Source of the DNA: Vermamoeba vermiformis
Lineage: Eukaryota
Assembly (NCBI GenBank): GCA_045837725.1
Contig: JBEWZL010000260.1
Location: 124,001 to 188,000 of the forward strand
Reading direction: 5' to 3'
Length of the DNA stretch: 64,000 bases
How positions within the stretch are numbered: position 1 is the first letter of the stretch; each line of letters begins with the position of its first letter. Shown here piece after piece: positions 31,195-45,255 of the stretch. The translations under genes were made by a program, and so were the position numbers. Under the pieces are notes generated by a model, which was not told the origin of the DNA, ran no database searches, and saw only the letters and a list, made by a program, of their open reading frames with translations.

Positions 31195-32030
31195 ATGTCG
31201 AACAACAACTCAGATAGCGAAAGTGACCACTCGAACGCACAGATCAATAATATCGATGGATTTTCAGACAATGAAGCTGGATCTGACGCTGAAAATGAGA
31301 ACTTCGGTGAGCACGGTGACTTCTACATGCCATTGTCAGATCAGCCTGATAGATTGAGTGATAGCGAAGAAGAAGTCGATATATCGTCTCCAGGCGACGT
31401 AACGATCGAGCAATTCGAAGCAGATGTAAAGTTTGCAATTGAGACAACCAAGATTGAAGATGAGCTCAAAGAAATAAAGAAATTAAGCGCAGAAAAAAGA
31501 ACAGAAGAATTAAATAAGAAAGCTTTAGCTGATTTTGATAGAAGGTATAACGAAGAAGTAGAAAATTCAATTGCTGGAAATAATTTGCCTACAAAATTGC
31601 TAGATCCGTTGCCAAGAGGTAAGAAACGTGATAAAGTATTTTAATATATAGCCTACTATTTTTTCGCAATTAATTGTTAATTTTTAACAATTTTTCGAAA
31701 GTTGGTGCCAACCATCTGTCATGCCAGGCTGTACGGTGATTAACCTGAATATTTACAGATACCACGGAAGATATCAAAGAAGTTATGAATTCGATAAGAT
31801 TGTCTTATGTACCTGATTGGTAAGTCAAACTCTAGAACAGTCGAGCTTTACCTCGTCGCACCCTGTTAATGCTGAATGCCGTTAGGGCTAAGGAAGTTGT
31901 CGAAGACGAGTGGCTAGGTCCATTAATAGAGCAGATAATGAATATGAACGCTAAAGAAAACAAGTCTGACGACGACGAGGACTTCTTCAAAGATCAGGCG
32001 ACCAACACGAACAATGACAATAGCAAGTAG
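31195..32030 (+). CDS. Acidic protein with MEA1-like C-terminal motif
   Basis: D/E-rich N-terminus; spliced EDIKEVMNSIRLSYVPDWAKEVVEDEW. Confidence 0.55.
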
Positions 32031-32368
32031 TAGTTATAGATCAATCCACCAAGTCACAGATCTAGCTCAGTGGGCGAATTTAGCTTGGCTTCTATCAGCG
32101 GAGAAGCTTAGAACCAGCAGCTGCCTAGCAGGAAATGTCAGTTTGCAAACTTGCTTTTAATCGATTTATTTCGTGTGCAACACTCCGTGAACAATAAAAC
32201 AGTTCAATACACGCGGTACAAGCTCGTTAGAATCTGCTTTTTCTCGCGAGTAGGTTACCCTCGTGGATTTAGCTTGATTGTTCAAGCTGGCCTGTTTCAT
32301 GTTGGTGCTTCCACGAGCCATCGAGTATCATAGAAGACTATAGACTATCGTCATAATCGTTGGTTATA

Positions 32369-33649
32369 TCAGCCTTTGAACTCGTCCAATATCTTGAAGT
32401 GGATCTGAATCGTCTTCGGTTGTCCTTTGAAATATATTTTGATGTGTGACTTGACATCGTACATTTCCAGCAATGATTTGAATGAATTGAATTCTTCAGT
32501 TATCCACTTGCGTTTTTTGTCGTCCAATTGCCGTGGTGTTCCGTGCACATAGAATTCAGTCTTGTATTTGACTTGCAGATCCGACAACGATTGCACGACT
32601 TCACGTGAAGTGGGAAATCTATGCCCATCTAGCCAGTGAATGCTTTTGACACGTGACACAAAGTCCACGATGATATCTTTGTTTGGAACTAAAAAGTTCG
32701 TCGTGTTTGAACGCATGCGATAGATCCGCAGTGTCGGCTCATAGATCGGGTATCCTTCAATAACAGGCCTACCATTGACATTATCTTGCCAGTCTCGAAT
32801 CAATGGCGGCATTGGATCTGACGTCAGACTGCTGTACTCAGCGAGGAAATTGTTCAAAACCAGCACTCCTAAAGGAATCAAATATGAGCTTCACTGCAAG
32901 TGTATTATTATTATTACACGAGCTTAATTGGTATATCGGATAATTATTGAATTACCTTTACTAAATGCCAACAAATGGATCGGGATCTGCGTGTCATACT
33001 GGACACCACTTTCTAGCGATCAAGTTAACAACTGAGTCTATTAATCAAGCATCTTAGTAACGTACTTGTCTCCGACTCTTCAATCGCCTTTAATACAATG
33101 CTGCGCATGTGCACGATACATCGACCAGGGTTCAAAAAGTAGTCGTATTCAGCTGAAGATCCCAAGGTACGTTCTGGTCTACGCCAATAGGATAAATAGT
33201 TTAATATCATGACACGGATAGTTATTGAGTAGTACCTTATTAAATATACGTTTGACCTCGGGTAATGTTTCAGCAAGATTATTAACGTGTTTTCCAAACT
33301 GTACTCTTCGAACTCTTTGTCAGGCATATCGTCCGAAAAATTCTGGATATCACCCTATAAATTACAGTCAATAATCGAGTTAATGGACGGCAAGTCAGCA
33401 ACGTCGTAAAGAAGTAAGAAAAATTCTAATAATGCGAAATTAGATGCGGATTCAATCTGCGATTAAACTGGCAGAATCAAGATGGCAATTGAGCAATAAA
33501 TTATTGGTAATATTTACCGGAAAATAAACGACATGGCTCTCGCATTCTTTAACAGCCGAACATAGCACGTCGTTGATCCCTGTTGAGGGATTGGACGCCA
33601 AAATTCTGAACGGCCCGAGTCTATTTGAACTCTCTGATATGACTTCCAT
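32369..33649 (-). CDS. C2orf69/UPF0565 family alpha/beta-hydrolase-like protein
   Basis: VVYFPGDIQNF, SLEN, LLAFSKG, IHWLDGH, VHGTPRQLDD..RKWI..E, IHFKILDEF. Confidence 0.85.
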
Positions 33650-33778
33650 GTGGTGGTAACAGAATTACTGAAAATTAATGAAATAAATCGGATTAAAATT
33701 TCAATTTTTTTTTCACTCATTATTTTTCTTTTTACCGAACGAAGCACACAGCTCTCAGTGTTACTATCAAATACTACA

Positions 33779-35089
33779 ATGGGTTGCGACGGTGGCACTA
33801 TCCCTAAGAGACACGAGATCGTTCGATTGAAGAAGAAAGATCCAAAAGTCGACGAATCTGAGAAACAGAGATTGCGTTGGCAATACTGCGCTATTACTGA
33901 AGAACCTCTTAGAGAGCCTGTAGTATGCGACGAGCTAGGCAATTTATTTAATAAGGAAGCCGTGTTTCAGCGATTATTGGATAAATCAATGGAGGATTCG
34001 TTCTCTCACATCCGCCGAACAAAGGTAAATATTGAATTTTAAATAATTATTGGATAATTATGTCTTATTATTATACGAGCAAATTATTATTTGTGGTATG
34101 AACCACCGTTCAGATTTTATTTTTAATAGTTATTGAAGTAAGAATATTCTGATAAAAAGCAAAATGCTAATAGGCTGAATATTATGCGGAAATAATCATA
34201 TATCGCGCCATTATAATGAAATTATAATTTTTCTGACTAAAGTACGCGATCTGCCGCAGAGACAGTTTTGTCAAATCCGCATCTCGGTTGCTAATTACTC
34301 TCATTTCAGGACGTTATTACCTTGCAAGTCACTAAGAACCCTGACCACAAAGAAGCGACTGAAGGCTCTGACTTGGTCACTTTTCCTTTCATCTGCCCGA
34401 TCACCGGCTACGAAGCCAACGGTAAACACAAGTACGTCATCAATATATTATACAAACTCATATGTCCATCTATGATATTAATACAGCTCAGAGATGAGCC
34501 GTATCACAGTACAGATTGAATTTTGGTTTTTTTTTGGGAGGCGATCGTGATCTAATTCTTGCGTTTGCACAGATTTACCGCCATCCGTACCTGCGGTCAC
34601 GTGTTTGCCAGCAAGGCCCTGGTCGAAGTACCGACAAAGACGTGCCTCGTATGCGCTGTTCCTTTCACTCCTGAGGACTTGATCCCCTTGGTTTTGAGCT
34701 CTGAAGAGACCAATCAGAAACGCGCTGAATTGCTCGCTAAAAAGCCCGCCAAAGAGAAGAAAGGTTCGTTAGCATATTTAAGCTAGTGTAGTCTTGTTCT
34801 AATTGTTGGTTATAGAAAAGAAAGAGAAAAAAGAGAAGAAAGAAAAGAAGGCAAAGAGCGATAAAAAAGATGAAGGCGACAAAAAGACAGACGGCACCTC
34901 GCCTGAAAAAACAAAAAACGAAAATTCTCAGAATTAGAGAACAACAGCAATGGCAAGGTGCGCGAGGACATCAAGTTATCAAACGGAGCTCGTGAAGCGT
35001 TGTCGAAAATGGGCGATTATCACGACACTTACAGCAAGAGCAGCGATGTATATAAATCATTGTTTAAGAAGCAGAAGACTGAGAAGTAA
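33779..35089 (+). CDS. RTF2: Replication termination factor 2
   Basis: MGCDGGTIPKRHE, GNLFNKEAV, FICPITG, CGHVF, CLVC, VYKSLF; the last motif needs a 1-bp correction in the A-run near 34910. Confidence 0.92.
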
Positions 35090-35355
35090 CGCTGCTGGAT
35101 CCAGCACTTGACACGAGCACAACAAAACGTAAGTTTGTCACGTGTCAAGTCTCAGTCTGCACAGCAATGAAATGATTGTAGAATAATAATTATAAATATT
35201 ATGTTTATATTATACAACCTCACGCAGTTGTTTCACCTCAGGTCTCGTTGTTCGGGTTTGAAGAATTGACAGGAGGCTAAAAATAATCTTTGAAGAATAT
35301 GTTTTCAAAAGTCCTAAATTCAGTGCACAAGATCAAAGCACGAGCATTATTCATT

Positions 35356-37100
35356 ATGAATGCTTTTATATTATTGTTGACGTGCTTGTACATTAGCTTC
35401 GGAACGGCACGGGTTACAGTGTTATCGGGAGCTCTAAACGGGACTCAAATAACGAGCGCAGAGTTCTATAAGAAAGGTAAATATAAAGTACACGTGCTAT
35501 ATTTTAAAATAATTTATTGCGATGCAAATAATTGATCGGCAATTTATTCTTTTATTATTTTAGGCGATGATTTTACTTCCGTTTTTCAGCCAATCACTGC
35601 TGAGCTAGTTGATATAACATCAACCAATATCAACGGCAACATAGTTTATGTAGAAGACGTTCCAAAAAGTCAATTTTGGAGCAAAATCTTCGACTTAAAA
35701 TCGAGGGGAGTAGTTGGCGTCATTGTAGGAGCAACATATCGTAAGTTATATTATATAGACGATAATCATAATATTGCTCGTTGAAGTCCGTTTAAATCGA
35801 GCTCATTGACACGTGTAACAAAAGTCTTTTTCAGACCGCAATAACAATATGATTACTTAGCGGTTCCGGGCCAAGACTATTGCACGTGGACAGGCGAGGA
35901 CATGTCACAAATTAAATTTCCAATTGCAACCGTTCTGAACACGGACTTTGGAGAATTGCACCAGACTTTGCTGAACGGCGATCAGCCACTCATTGAGCTA
36001 ACTTCCGAGGGCAAGTATGTCATTTAAACTAATATATTGTTTATTAACAGTACATTTAGGTAATCCGTGGACTGACGTAATTCAATCGATTGCTACGTTG
36101 GTCGTGTTCCGAGTATTTTTGGGTGGATTTTCAGTCGCGAATGCAATTTATGGCTCGTACAAACTGGCGCTCTTTATAAAACACCAAGGCTCGGTATTCA
36201 ACATTCCACAAGTTTGTCTTGCCCTGGAGATTGTCGCTAACCTTTGTAAGTATATTAGACTGCAGTAAAAATGCTGAAACTGCCGGCAATTGCCGGTCAT
36301 TACTGCAAGTCTAAATATTGAATGAAACTACGATAAGTTGACTTCAATTCTAAGGGCGAGTAATGTATTTGGTTGTTGATCCGCTTGGTTGCAATTTTGT
36401 GTTCGGATCTGCCATCAACAGCTTTACGGACACTGTAAGCCTTCCTTATCAAATGGCAACATTTGCATTAGTGGCCTTTTATTGGTACGAGGCCAAATCG
36501 ATCATATAGTTAATGATTAACATTCGTTACTAAGGTTCGAGATTATAAATCAAGCGTCCATCAAAATTTATCCGTTCTTGCATCGATTGAAAATTCCATT
36601 CTTCGTAATCACTTTCACACTGATTGCGATGGACACAACAATTAGCTTGCTAGGATTTTTCTTAGAATTTGCCACTACGACACCGATGCTGGCCATCTAT
36701 CTCATTATTAATGTTGCGTTGTTGATATTCTACATCATTACGTTCGTTCGACTCAGAAGTCGAATGCAAAACTTTGGTCAAGCGAGAGTGCAAAAAACAC
36801 GCATAAAAACTCTAAGTACCGTACGTACTTTACGGTTCAAATTTGAACAATTGATAATTATGATTGTCTTAGGTGAATATGAAAATGATTCTTAATGCGG
36901 TCGCCCGATTTTTCTTCATTGTTGTTGCCATCGCCTATGCATTTCCTTCAGTGAATAGACATCCTGTGCCGTCCGTCATTGGTTGTGCGTTTCTATTTTT
37001 CGCTTCAACGGTGGACTCATTGATGCGCATTATTCTGTTTGATCCGCCTAGGAACAAGTATCGAACGTCGGACGAGGATCAGAAACTCGATGTAAACTAG
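35356..37100 (+). CDS. Signal peptide, small (PA-like) ectodomain and multi-pass (~7 TM) membrane protein
   Basis: MNAFILLLTCLYISFG, GVVGVIVG, GNPW, then successive hydrophobic helices (CLALEIVAN, VDPLG, FYWFE). Confidence 0.65.
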
Positions 37101-37352
37101 TTTGCTCAACTTAATAGTAAAATTGTGATGATACTTGCTGTAATGTTGTCACTTAAAGTCCAAACAAGGTGACTCAGGCAAAAAAGATCAGTGCATAAAT
37201 TCAATCGCCGAACTCAGTCGCAATACCTCTCACATGATGCCCAATTAATCTATTTTCACTAATAAGACGAGAATATTAGCACTAATCCCTTTGTTGGCCA
37301 CCAACACATAATTAATCAAAATTACGAAGTCAGATTCGTTGCGAGCTTCACT

Positions 37353-39070
37353 ATGGTACAATATCTTTAAAAAAAATCCAATTATTTATTTTGAATATTT
37401 AGGAGGCATTACCACGAGAAATAGTCGAGCTTATTGTGTCATCAATGGATGCGAAAACAAAAAAATATTTTCGGCAGACCTGCACCAGATTATTTGATAT
37501 TGTTGACCTTAGAAATTTTACGTTCTATTTCACGAGATCAGCAATGCTACCGGAGATCGTTCAGACATTATCACGATATTCCAAGCCGATCAGCCTCACT
37601 TTCACAAAGACCATCAATCTCAAACCTCAAGCTATTAATTACCTATCAACATTGACTAATATCACGAGCTTGGAGATCGCTGGAAGATACGACAAAGATG
37701 TTGAGAAGATGTCAAATCTGACCCAGCTGACGAATCTGCGCTTCTTGCAGTTTATGGAATACTTTCATTACGCAGCTATGTTGACGACACTAAAACAGCT
37801 AGATAGAGTAAATCTACGTCGCTTCTTATCGTTAGCTGAAACGAAAATGGTCTTGAAGGCAAACTCCAACTTGCGACATCTAGATCTGTGGACTCTTGAC
37901 AATTTCGAACACATTCAAAATATCGATCGTGTGACGCATATTTATATATCTAATTTCCGTGGCGATAATTACGAATCTATGAAAGCTCTAGAACAAGCTC
38001 GTCAGTTGCAACACTTGGATGTGTTCTCCAACCATCCCACTTATATGCCGCTTAGCGCGCTAACAGCACTCAAATCGCTCAAGTTAATAACTAAATCAAC
38101 TGAAGTAATCGAATCTGCTACTGGTTTGGCATGCTTGAATCTTGAACAGCTAACTATTGGCGGACAACTGGCAGCGGATGTGACCAAAACTTGGACAGCC
38201 TTGACAAGCTTAAAAGAATTAACACTACATCCTGAAGGCGAAAGTAATGAAGAATTATTACAGTTTCTAACAGCACTATCAAACCTATCATCCTTTGCAC
38301 TTAACAATGTTGACGAATTTTCGTCTTTCAATTGCTTGGACTTTTTGCCTGACACTTTGACATGTTTGGACATGGAAGTTACAGATGCTAGCAAGATCAA
38401 TAATATCGCTCGTTTGACGAGATTACAAATCTTAAGGATATTAGATTATCGGCCTGGTCCATGGGACTATTATTTTCTGACAGCATTGACACATCTGACT
38501 CAACTAACAATTGACTCAAATGAAGCACGTGACAGTTTGACATGCATCGGAGATTTAACGAGCTTGAAGAGTATCATAATATATTCGTATGACCAGGTGT
38601 TGAATTCTGGTTACTTCAATTTTTCAAAACTGGTCAATTTGGAAAAGTTGGATCTGCCTTCCGTTCTAATGACCGCTGATACTTTAACTACAGTATCATT
38701 GCTATCAAATCTGACGGATCTAGCAGCTGTTTACGACATTCATGATGTGCCTCGTGTTCTTGAAAAACTGCCATTGAAAAACTTAGAGTTGGTGCACGAA
38801 CAAAACGAAGAATTTTGGCAAAGTTTAGTTCAAATAACAACTCTCGAATCATTGAAGATACGTCATATCCATTCAGAAGACATAATATTGTCATTTTCGG
38901 GTCTTCAAAATTTGACACAACTTGAAGTCGTTACTAGTGCACCATTCAACTACACGTGTCTCATTCACCTCACGTCACTTCAATATCTCAAATTTCCTGC
39001 TCTTCGGGGTATTAGTAGTGAAGCCCTGATGGATCTAATGCCGTACTTGTATTACGCCAACTTGAATTGA
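37353..39070 (+). CDS. F-box/leucine-rich repeat protein
   Basis: ATG, intron, then EALPREIVELIVSSMD..FRQTCTRL (F-box) and many LTxLxxL repeats. Confidence 0.8.
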
Positions 39071-39092
39071 AAATCGTTGGCAAGCAATTCGT

Positions 39093-40855
39093 TTATAATA
39101 CAGTGGTAATAAATTGCATAATTTTAGCAAAGATTGAATCGGGCAGGACCCAAAAAACCGATGCGACAGCAGCACAATCCCAACCTGAAAAATTGATCGT
39201 TAGTCACGAATCTCAGTTATAAGGTATGGAATATGACGTACTAGTAGCTACTGTTAATGGCATAAATCGAGAGAATAAGACGTATTCAAGGTCGCGTGCA
39301 ATTACTGACGGATCGGCCAGCGTTTGAGCAGGTGGTTTGAACAAGATTTTCATTCGCTCTAGCTTCGGTTTATACTCCTCAAATACTAAATCGATGTTAT
39401 AAGTATCGAGTATGTAATTCTATCAACGAGTTATTACCTGGCAATTGTTTGCAATTCTTTTCGAGTTCATCAAAACCGATGATCGATTTGTCAAAAATGT
39501 CAGTTTTAAATCCTCCCTAAAACGTCAATAAGTATTAATTAATATCCTCGCCTCATTGTTCACTAGTGGCGACTTACCGCTTGAATCACATTGACTTTGA
39601 TGCCGTAAGGTTTCATCTCCAATCGCAATACATTTGCAACGGACTCAAGAGCCTTTGAAACTTGATTAATTTCGTGACGTTCGCGTAGATATATAGCCTG
39701 TGTATTCACTTACGCTCTTAGAGGCTGAGTAAATTGCGTTGAATGGTACAGCTGCGTACACAGCAAGCGTTGAGATAAACCTGAACAAACTCCAATTAGA
39801 AATAGAAAATCAATCGAACGTATCAAGATGTTCAGCTCGGTTAAATTTGGAACAAAATTAAGAGTCTTTTCGAATTCTGCGCGCTTACACAATACGAGGA
39901 GATCCGACTGGGGTGTATTGTTTCAATAGAGGCAAGAATGCGTTGGTGACAGCAATAGGACCCCATAGATTGGCTATTCATAGAGGAATGAGCAGCCGTT
40001 CGCGAATTACAAAGTTTTTGTATTGTACTTACTTCGCATGAGAAATTCGAACTGGCTCTCTTTGAGCAACTCTACAGGGGCAATAGATTGAATACCAGCA
40101 TTATTAACTACGGCATATAGCTGCCTTCGCCTATCTCTCAAAATATCTGATGCAGCGGTCACTGCTTGTTTGATGCTATCTGCGTTTGATACGTCTGAAA
40201 CTAGGTGTCAACAGCGGATCCAACGACCAACTTTTCGTGAATAGTTTACCTAGGATTATTGGCACAATATTCGGTGCTAGCTCAGGATAGTCTTCGTGCC
40301 ATTTTTCAGCATCAGATTGTTTCCTAACTGTCGCTAGGACAGTTACACCTAAGCGCGCTAATTGCACGGAGCACGCCCTGCCAATGCCCGTTGACGTGCC
40401 GGTAATTAACACAGCGGAGTTAGGCGGAGGTGGAAGCTGCAAGTATTTCCTCGACAAATATCTAAAATAGGCGTCATTAGGAAGGTAGATCTTAACTCCG
40501 TCCGGAGAATTATTATTGAAAAAAATTGGAACAATTTTAAAAAAGCAAAATTGGTCATATAGTAATTAATCATATTCTTTAGTGTATGTTAAAGCGAAAA
40601 TTAACGAATAAGAGTTTACGGATAATTTCTTTACTTGGATCCGATCGCTGCACCGATTGCAAGCAGGACAGCGGCGAGTAAATGCCACAAGAAACCTGAA
40701 AGATATATGAATAGTAAGAATGTGGCGTAAAAAACAACACTGGGCTTCCGCATTGTCGCCGATTGTGTTGTATCGCGCCAACAAGCGTGATTCTATTCAA
40801 AGTTTGGCGAACATGACAACTGAAGCTTTGAAACACTACTTGGTGGGCTTCGCAT
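39093..40855 (-). CDS. Membrane-anchored short-chain dehydrogenase/reductase (RDH/17b-HSD-like); start uncertain
   Basis: N-terminal TM, VLITGTSTGIG, VVNNAG, YSASK catalytic motif, LRLEMKPYGIKV. Confidence 0.88.
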
Positions 40856-41235
40856 ATTTGACGGTAATTGACAGCAGGTTTTTCGATATTGGCGCCGATA
40901 GTGTAGGCGAATCCGATTGAAATTATTTGAATAATAAACAGATTGTTGAATAAAAATATTAGAATAATTCATTACTAAAATTCGCAATTTATACTTAAGT
41001 GCTTCTGTACTGTTTGGCTTCACCCAAATTATGGATCTTTCTTCTGCGTGTCGCAACATTCGCAGCTTAAAGAGGCTCATTCTAAGAATGTCTTCAGCAC
41101 TTGCACGAGACTGGCATGAAGGTTGTATCTTAGTTGCAATTGAAAAAGGTAATCAAAAATTGTAGTGCGTAAAAGCGGAGAAAAATTAATTGAATTTAAT
41201 TTTCAGCAATTTGCTGAAATTGAGTAACGAGCACA

Positions 41236-44085
41236 ATGGTCCTCTGGGTCAAGTTTTGCTTCCTATTCATTATAGGAAGTGTTGTAGCGTACCGCTCGAT
41301 TAATTTAGAAAACCAGTTCTCAGCCCGTTCAGCACAGGTACAGGGTGAAGTTTGGTCGAATATAGAAGATATAGTCGTAGAAGCGAGAGTACATGACTTC
41401 GACGCTTCGCCATTAGGTATGAAGCCCAACTTCCGACCAAATCTGATCATAGCAGATCTAAATTCGTACTAATTATTTGCTTTATTGTAGAGTACAAAGA
41501 TATAATTAGTATATTTGGATTTACGTTGAGAACCTATGGAAATCAATTCCTTCTCCAAGACGATTGGGACATTATTCCTTCCGGATTAGGCACTGGAGTA
41601 TTTTTGGACGTTTCAAACCGCCCTAAAGATGTATTGATTCGCTTAGGAAGAACTGGTAATACGTTTTTTGGAGAGATATGGAATACTGAAACGGCAGGAG
41701 CCTACGCAACAAAAACTTTACCGGTTCAACTCGCGCGAACCAACTTCACCGGTGCAGGAGCTTACATTGGGTTCGTTAATATCTCTGTTAAAATCGCTTG
41801 GATACGAGTCTATGCTGCCAGCATAAGAGGAGGATCGCAACCGCCATCACCGCTCCGATCCGCTGGTTTGCTAGCCGGATGGGACTTCGAAGACAACATT
41901 CTCGACAGTAGCCCTCAACATATCGATTTCGATGCTACCGGCAATACACAAGTATACAGTGATACACCGAGCTACAATCCCTTGGCAAAAATCGTGCGTG
42001 AAGGCTGCACCCTACTGGGCTGAAGTTTCCGTGCGTGTCGGCTCCACCGTCAAATTGGACGGCAGTTTCAGCTATCCCTTAGGCAATGATAAGCCCTTAT
42101 CCTACTCGTGGTCACTGACTAAGGGACCCTCGACAGTAACATTCTCGTCCCAATCTGATGTCTTAACGACATTCGTTCCGACGGCATTCGGAACTTACAT
42201 CATCAAACTGACCGTAACTGAAACTGACACGAGTGCCAGCAGTTCTGTTGAATTGTCAATTGGAGCAGTTAAAACAGATGATCGTGGCGTTGTTATTCCC
42301 GAAGATCCTAAAACATCGTTGCTATTCGGCCCGTTGATTATCTGGGGCGAATCTCCTTGGCCTTGGCTTGACGAGCGCAATTATGCCACTGTCGAGCAGT
42401 TCTTGTGGCATCTCGAAAATAATCCAAACTTCAATGGCGAAGACTTTATGACTAGTTTGCCAGGAACTATTTCCGTTACCAAAGGCTCTAAAATCATCAC
42501 TGGTGTTGGAACTGATTTTCAAAACACTTTCTGCGGCGGATCCACTACTCCCGTACATTCGTGGATCATCGTTTGGTACAAGTACAACGGAATAGCTGGT
42601 AGACGTCGCCAGTATATTCAATCATGCGACAGTGCTACACAAATTACCCTGAGTGATGATTACGTGGCATCGGAGAGTCAGTCCGACACTCAGTATTCGT
42701 ACTGGTTGTGCGACGGTTGTTGGCTCGGCGGAAGCACTAACATTAACTACTACGACAATGTTATCACGTTATACAGCTTTTACTACCGCAGTGGACAAGA
42801 TAAGTACTTGCAAAAAGCCAGAGATTTGGCGTACAAATGGGCCAAATCACCTGTGATCGATGGTGGCAATCTGTGGGCTGCAGTAGGTGGCGAAGGGGTC
42901 AAAACATGCAACCCGAGAGTAGCGGCAATGTTAGGAGTGACTTGGAGTGCGTATGAACAAAACGACGAATTTTTATGGAGCACGGTGAAAACTTACAACT
43001 CTGCGTTTGGTAATTACTTCGTGCTCTTCGATCTCCGTGAAAATGCTTACGAATTGGGCTATCTTGCAATCTCTGCTTTGTTGTCTCCCGACCAAGATTA
43101 CGCCAGCGAGTGCCTTTCAAAAGTTAACGCGTCAATCTACAACCGCTGGTTGCCACCGCGAAATTCCGAAGGAGTGTGGGAACTCTTGACTTACGGGTAC
43201 TGCACGTGGAATGGTTACTCAGGCACTGTTTCTGTCACCAAAGGTTCGACACAAGTGATCGGAACAGGTACGACCTGGCAACAGTCTTGGACTACAGGAG
43301 CGATGATGTGGATCGCAGACGTTTCCTCCGCAATTGGCGATCCAGTGGCCTATCCAAGCCCTGTATACGTTTCTCCGACTGAAATTACCCTGTCAAGACC
43401 TTATGAAGGAGAAACGGCGAGTGGTCGCGGCTGGCAGCTCAACAATATTGTTGGCACAGCTGTTTTTCCTTATCAAATTGGGCTTGCGGGCCAAATGTTT
43501 TATTTGGCGTATGAAGCGACGCAAGATGAGGTAGTTCGCGACTTGGTGCTGACCAGCGCTGATTGGGTCGTTCAAAAAGGAATTCAACAATCTACCAGGG
43601 CTTTGTACTACGCCCGAGGAGGTCCTGGATGCGAGCCTATATCAGACTCCAACCCATTTTGTGCGTTTGGTAACGACACGTACTCGATCTGGGCCGCAAG
43701 ATTTTTGAACGGAGAAGTTTTTGGGTTATTTTCTCGCACTATGGTTTTAGAACCGAATAACGAAGCTGTTCGCCTTGCAGGAGATTTTCTTATGGCTGCT
43801 GCTCTTGGAAAGATGGGCGGTCCTGGCACCGATGATTTTTGGGCCGAAGAATTGACTGAGTTTACAACGACGAATTCGACGAAGTTCAAGAACGTAGGGT
43901 TTTTCTTTGGAACTGGATTCTCGCCGTCATGGCCTGCAGCCCGATTGGCCCCAGCTGGTCCGGTCCCAGCTATTGGCAACACTCCTGGCACTAACAAGAC
44001 ACCGTCCACGACTGTATCCGCAGGGGGTCGAAATCGAGCGCTATCTTTTGTGATGGTTGCTATCATAATGAACTTTATCTTGTAG
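41236..44085 (+). CDS. Large secreted, probably GPI-anchored protein with PKD-like domain, two beta-rich repeats and a helical domain
   Basis: Signal peptide, one intron, VKLDGSFSY..LSYSW..GTYIIKLTVT (PKD), P/T-rich stalk and hydrophobic C-terminus; +1 frameshift near 42005. Confidence 0.75.
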
Positions 44086-44178
44086 TGGTAGCATTACACT
44101 TCTCAATTCAAAAAAAAAAATTCCAGATTATAAGAAAGAAGGAAGAGCACAAATGCCGAACGAATTTTAAATAATAAA

Positions 44179-45255
44179 ATGGAATCGAAAAATACTGAAA
44201 ATACGTACACCGAGGACGGGCTGGAAATTGTAATACGACAGTTTAAAACTGAAGAAGACCTGCGACACTTGGTAAAAATATTTCCTAAAATTAAATAATT
44301 ATTAGAATAATATTTGGAGCTTATAACAATATACACTCGGCAATATTCGAATGTTCAAACTCAAATTTAATTTTTTTGCATTTTTTCTCTACTTCACGAA
44401 ATTTCACCAACAGTCTCTGTTAGCTGCCAATCGAGCAAGCATCGTTCAATGAGCCGTGGAAAGAACGATATTTCTATCGGATGGTGATGGGTCGCGATAA
44501 AGGAGCGTTAATGGCTCAAGTCAAGGTACATCTGACCAAAAAGCGTTATAACTTTATACTATTATTGTTAGGACGGAGACTACATTGGATTTTTGGTGTG
44601 GACGTTGCATGGTCCAAAAAAGAAAGTTGAAATCACAAATATCGCTGTCGTACCTGCTTTTCGACAAACGGTACCTCCTCACCATATTACCATTTATAGT
44701 AATCTCTTGTTGACTATAATCATACAGGGTGTTGGCAAGCTGCTCATAGAAACGTTCATGAACGGCGTTATTGCTGGAAAGTACTACGAGACTGCAAAGT
44801 TGAATGTTGGCACGAACAATGTGACGGCGAAAGCGTTGTACGAGAAATATGGCTTCGTAGTCAAGCACGAAGTACCGAACTTTTATAACTCCGATTCAGC
44901 CTATTGTATGAAATGCAAGTTCACAGCGTCTGTGCCGTACTCTCGCAAGCAGATCCCGGTTCAAATGCAAGAGCCACCGACGGCAACGGAAGAACTAAAA
45001 TCAAATAGCAATAGTACCGCAAAAGACAATAATAATCAAAATAATAATCAAAATAATAATCAAAATAATAATAATCGGTCTCGAAAGAATAGTAATAGTA
45101 ACAATAATAATGCTGGCTTGCCAGGCAATAAGAAAGCCAACGCAAATCGAAAGAATCAATCAAAATCAGAGCCTGCAATAGAGCAAACGACTCACTTAGT
45201 TAATATTGAGCCAATAGCATTTGTAATTAGCGCAAAGCCGAAAGAATACAATTAA
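44179..45255 (+). CDS. GNAT N-acetyltransferase (RimI/NAA-like) with Asn-rich tail
   Basis: EITNIAVVPAFRQT/GVGKLL, LNVGTNNVTAKALYEKYGF, NFYNSDSAYCM. Confidence 0.85.
45028..45075 (+). repeat. (AATAATAATCAA)n coding tandem repeat
   Basis: About four 12-bp units encoding NNNQ. Confidence 0.8.

Noticed and set aside
32750-32758. Second GTATCCTT U12-like donor
   Set aside because: Lies antisense within a coding exon of the C2orf69-like gene
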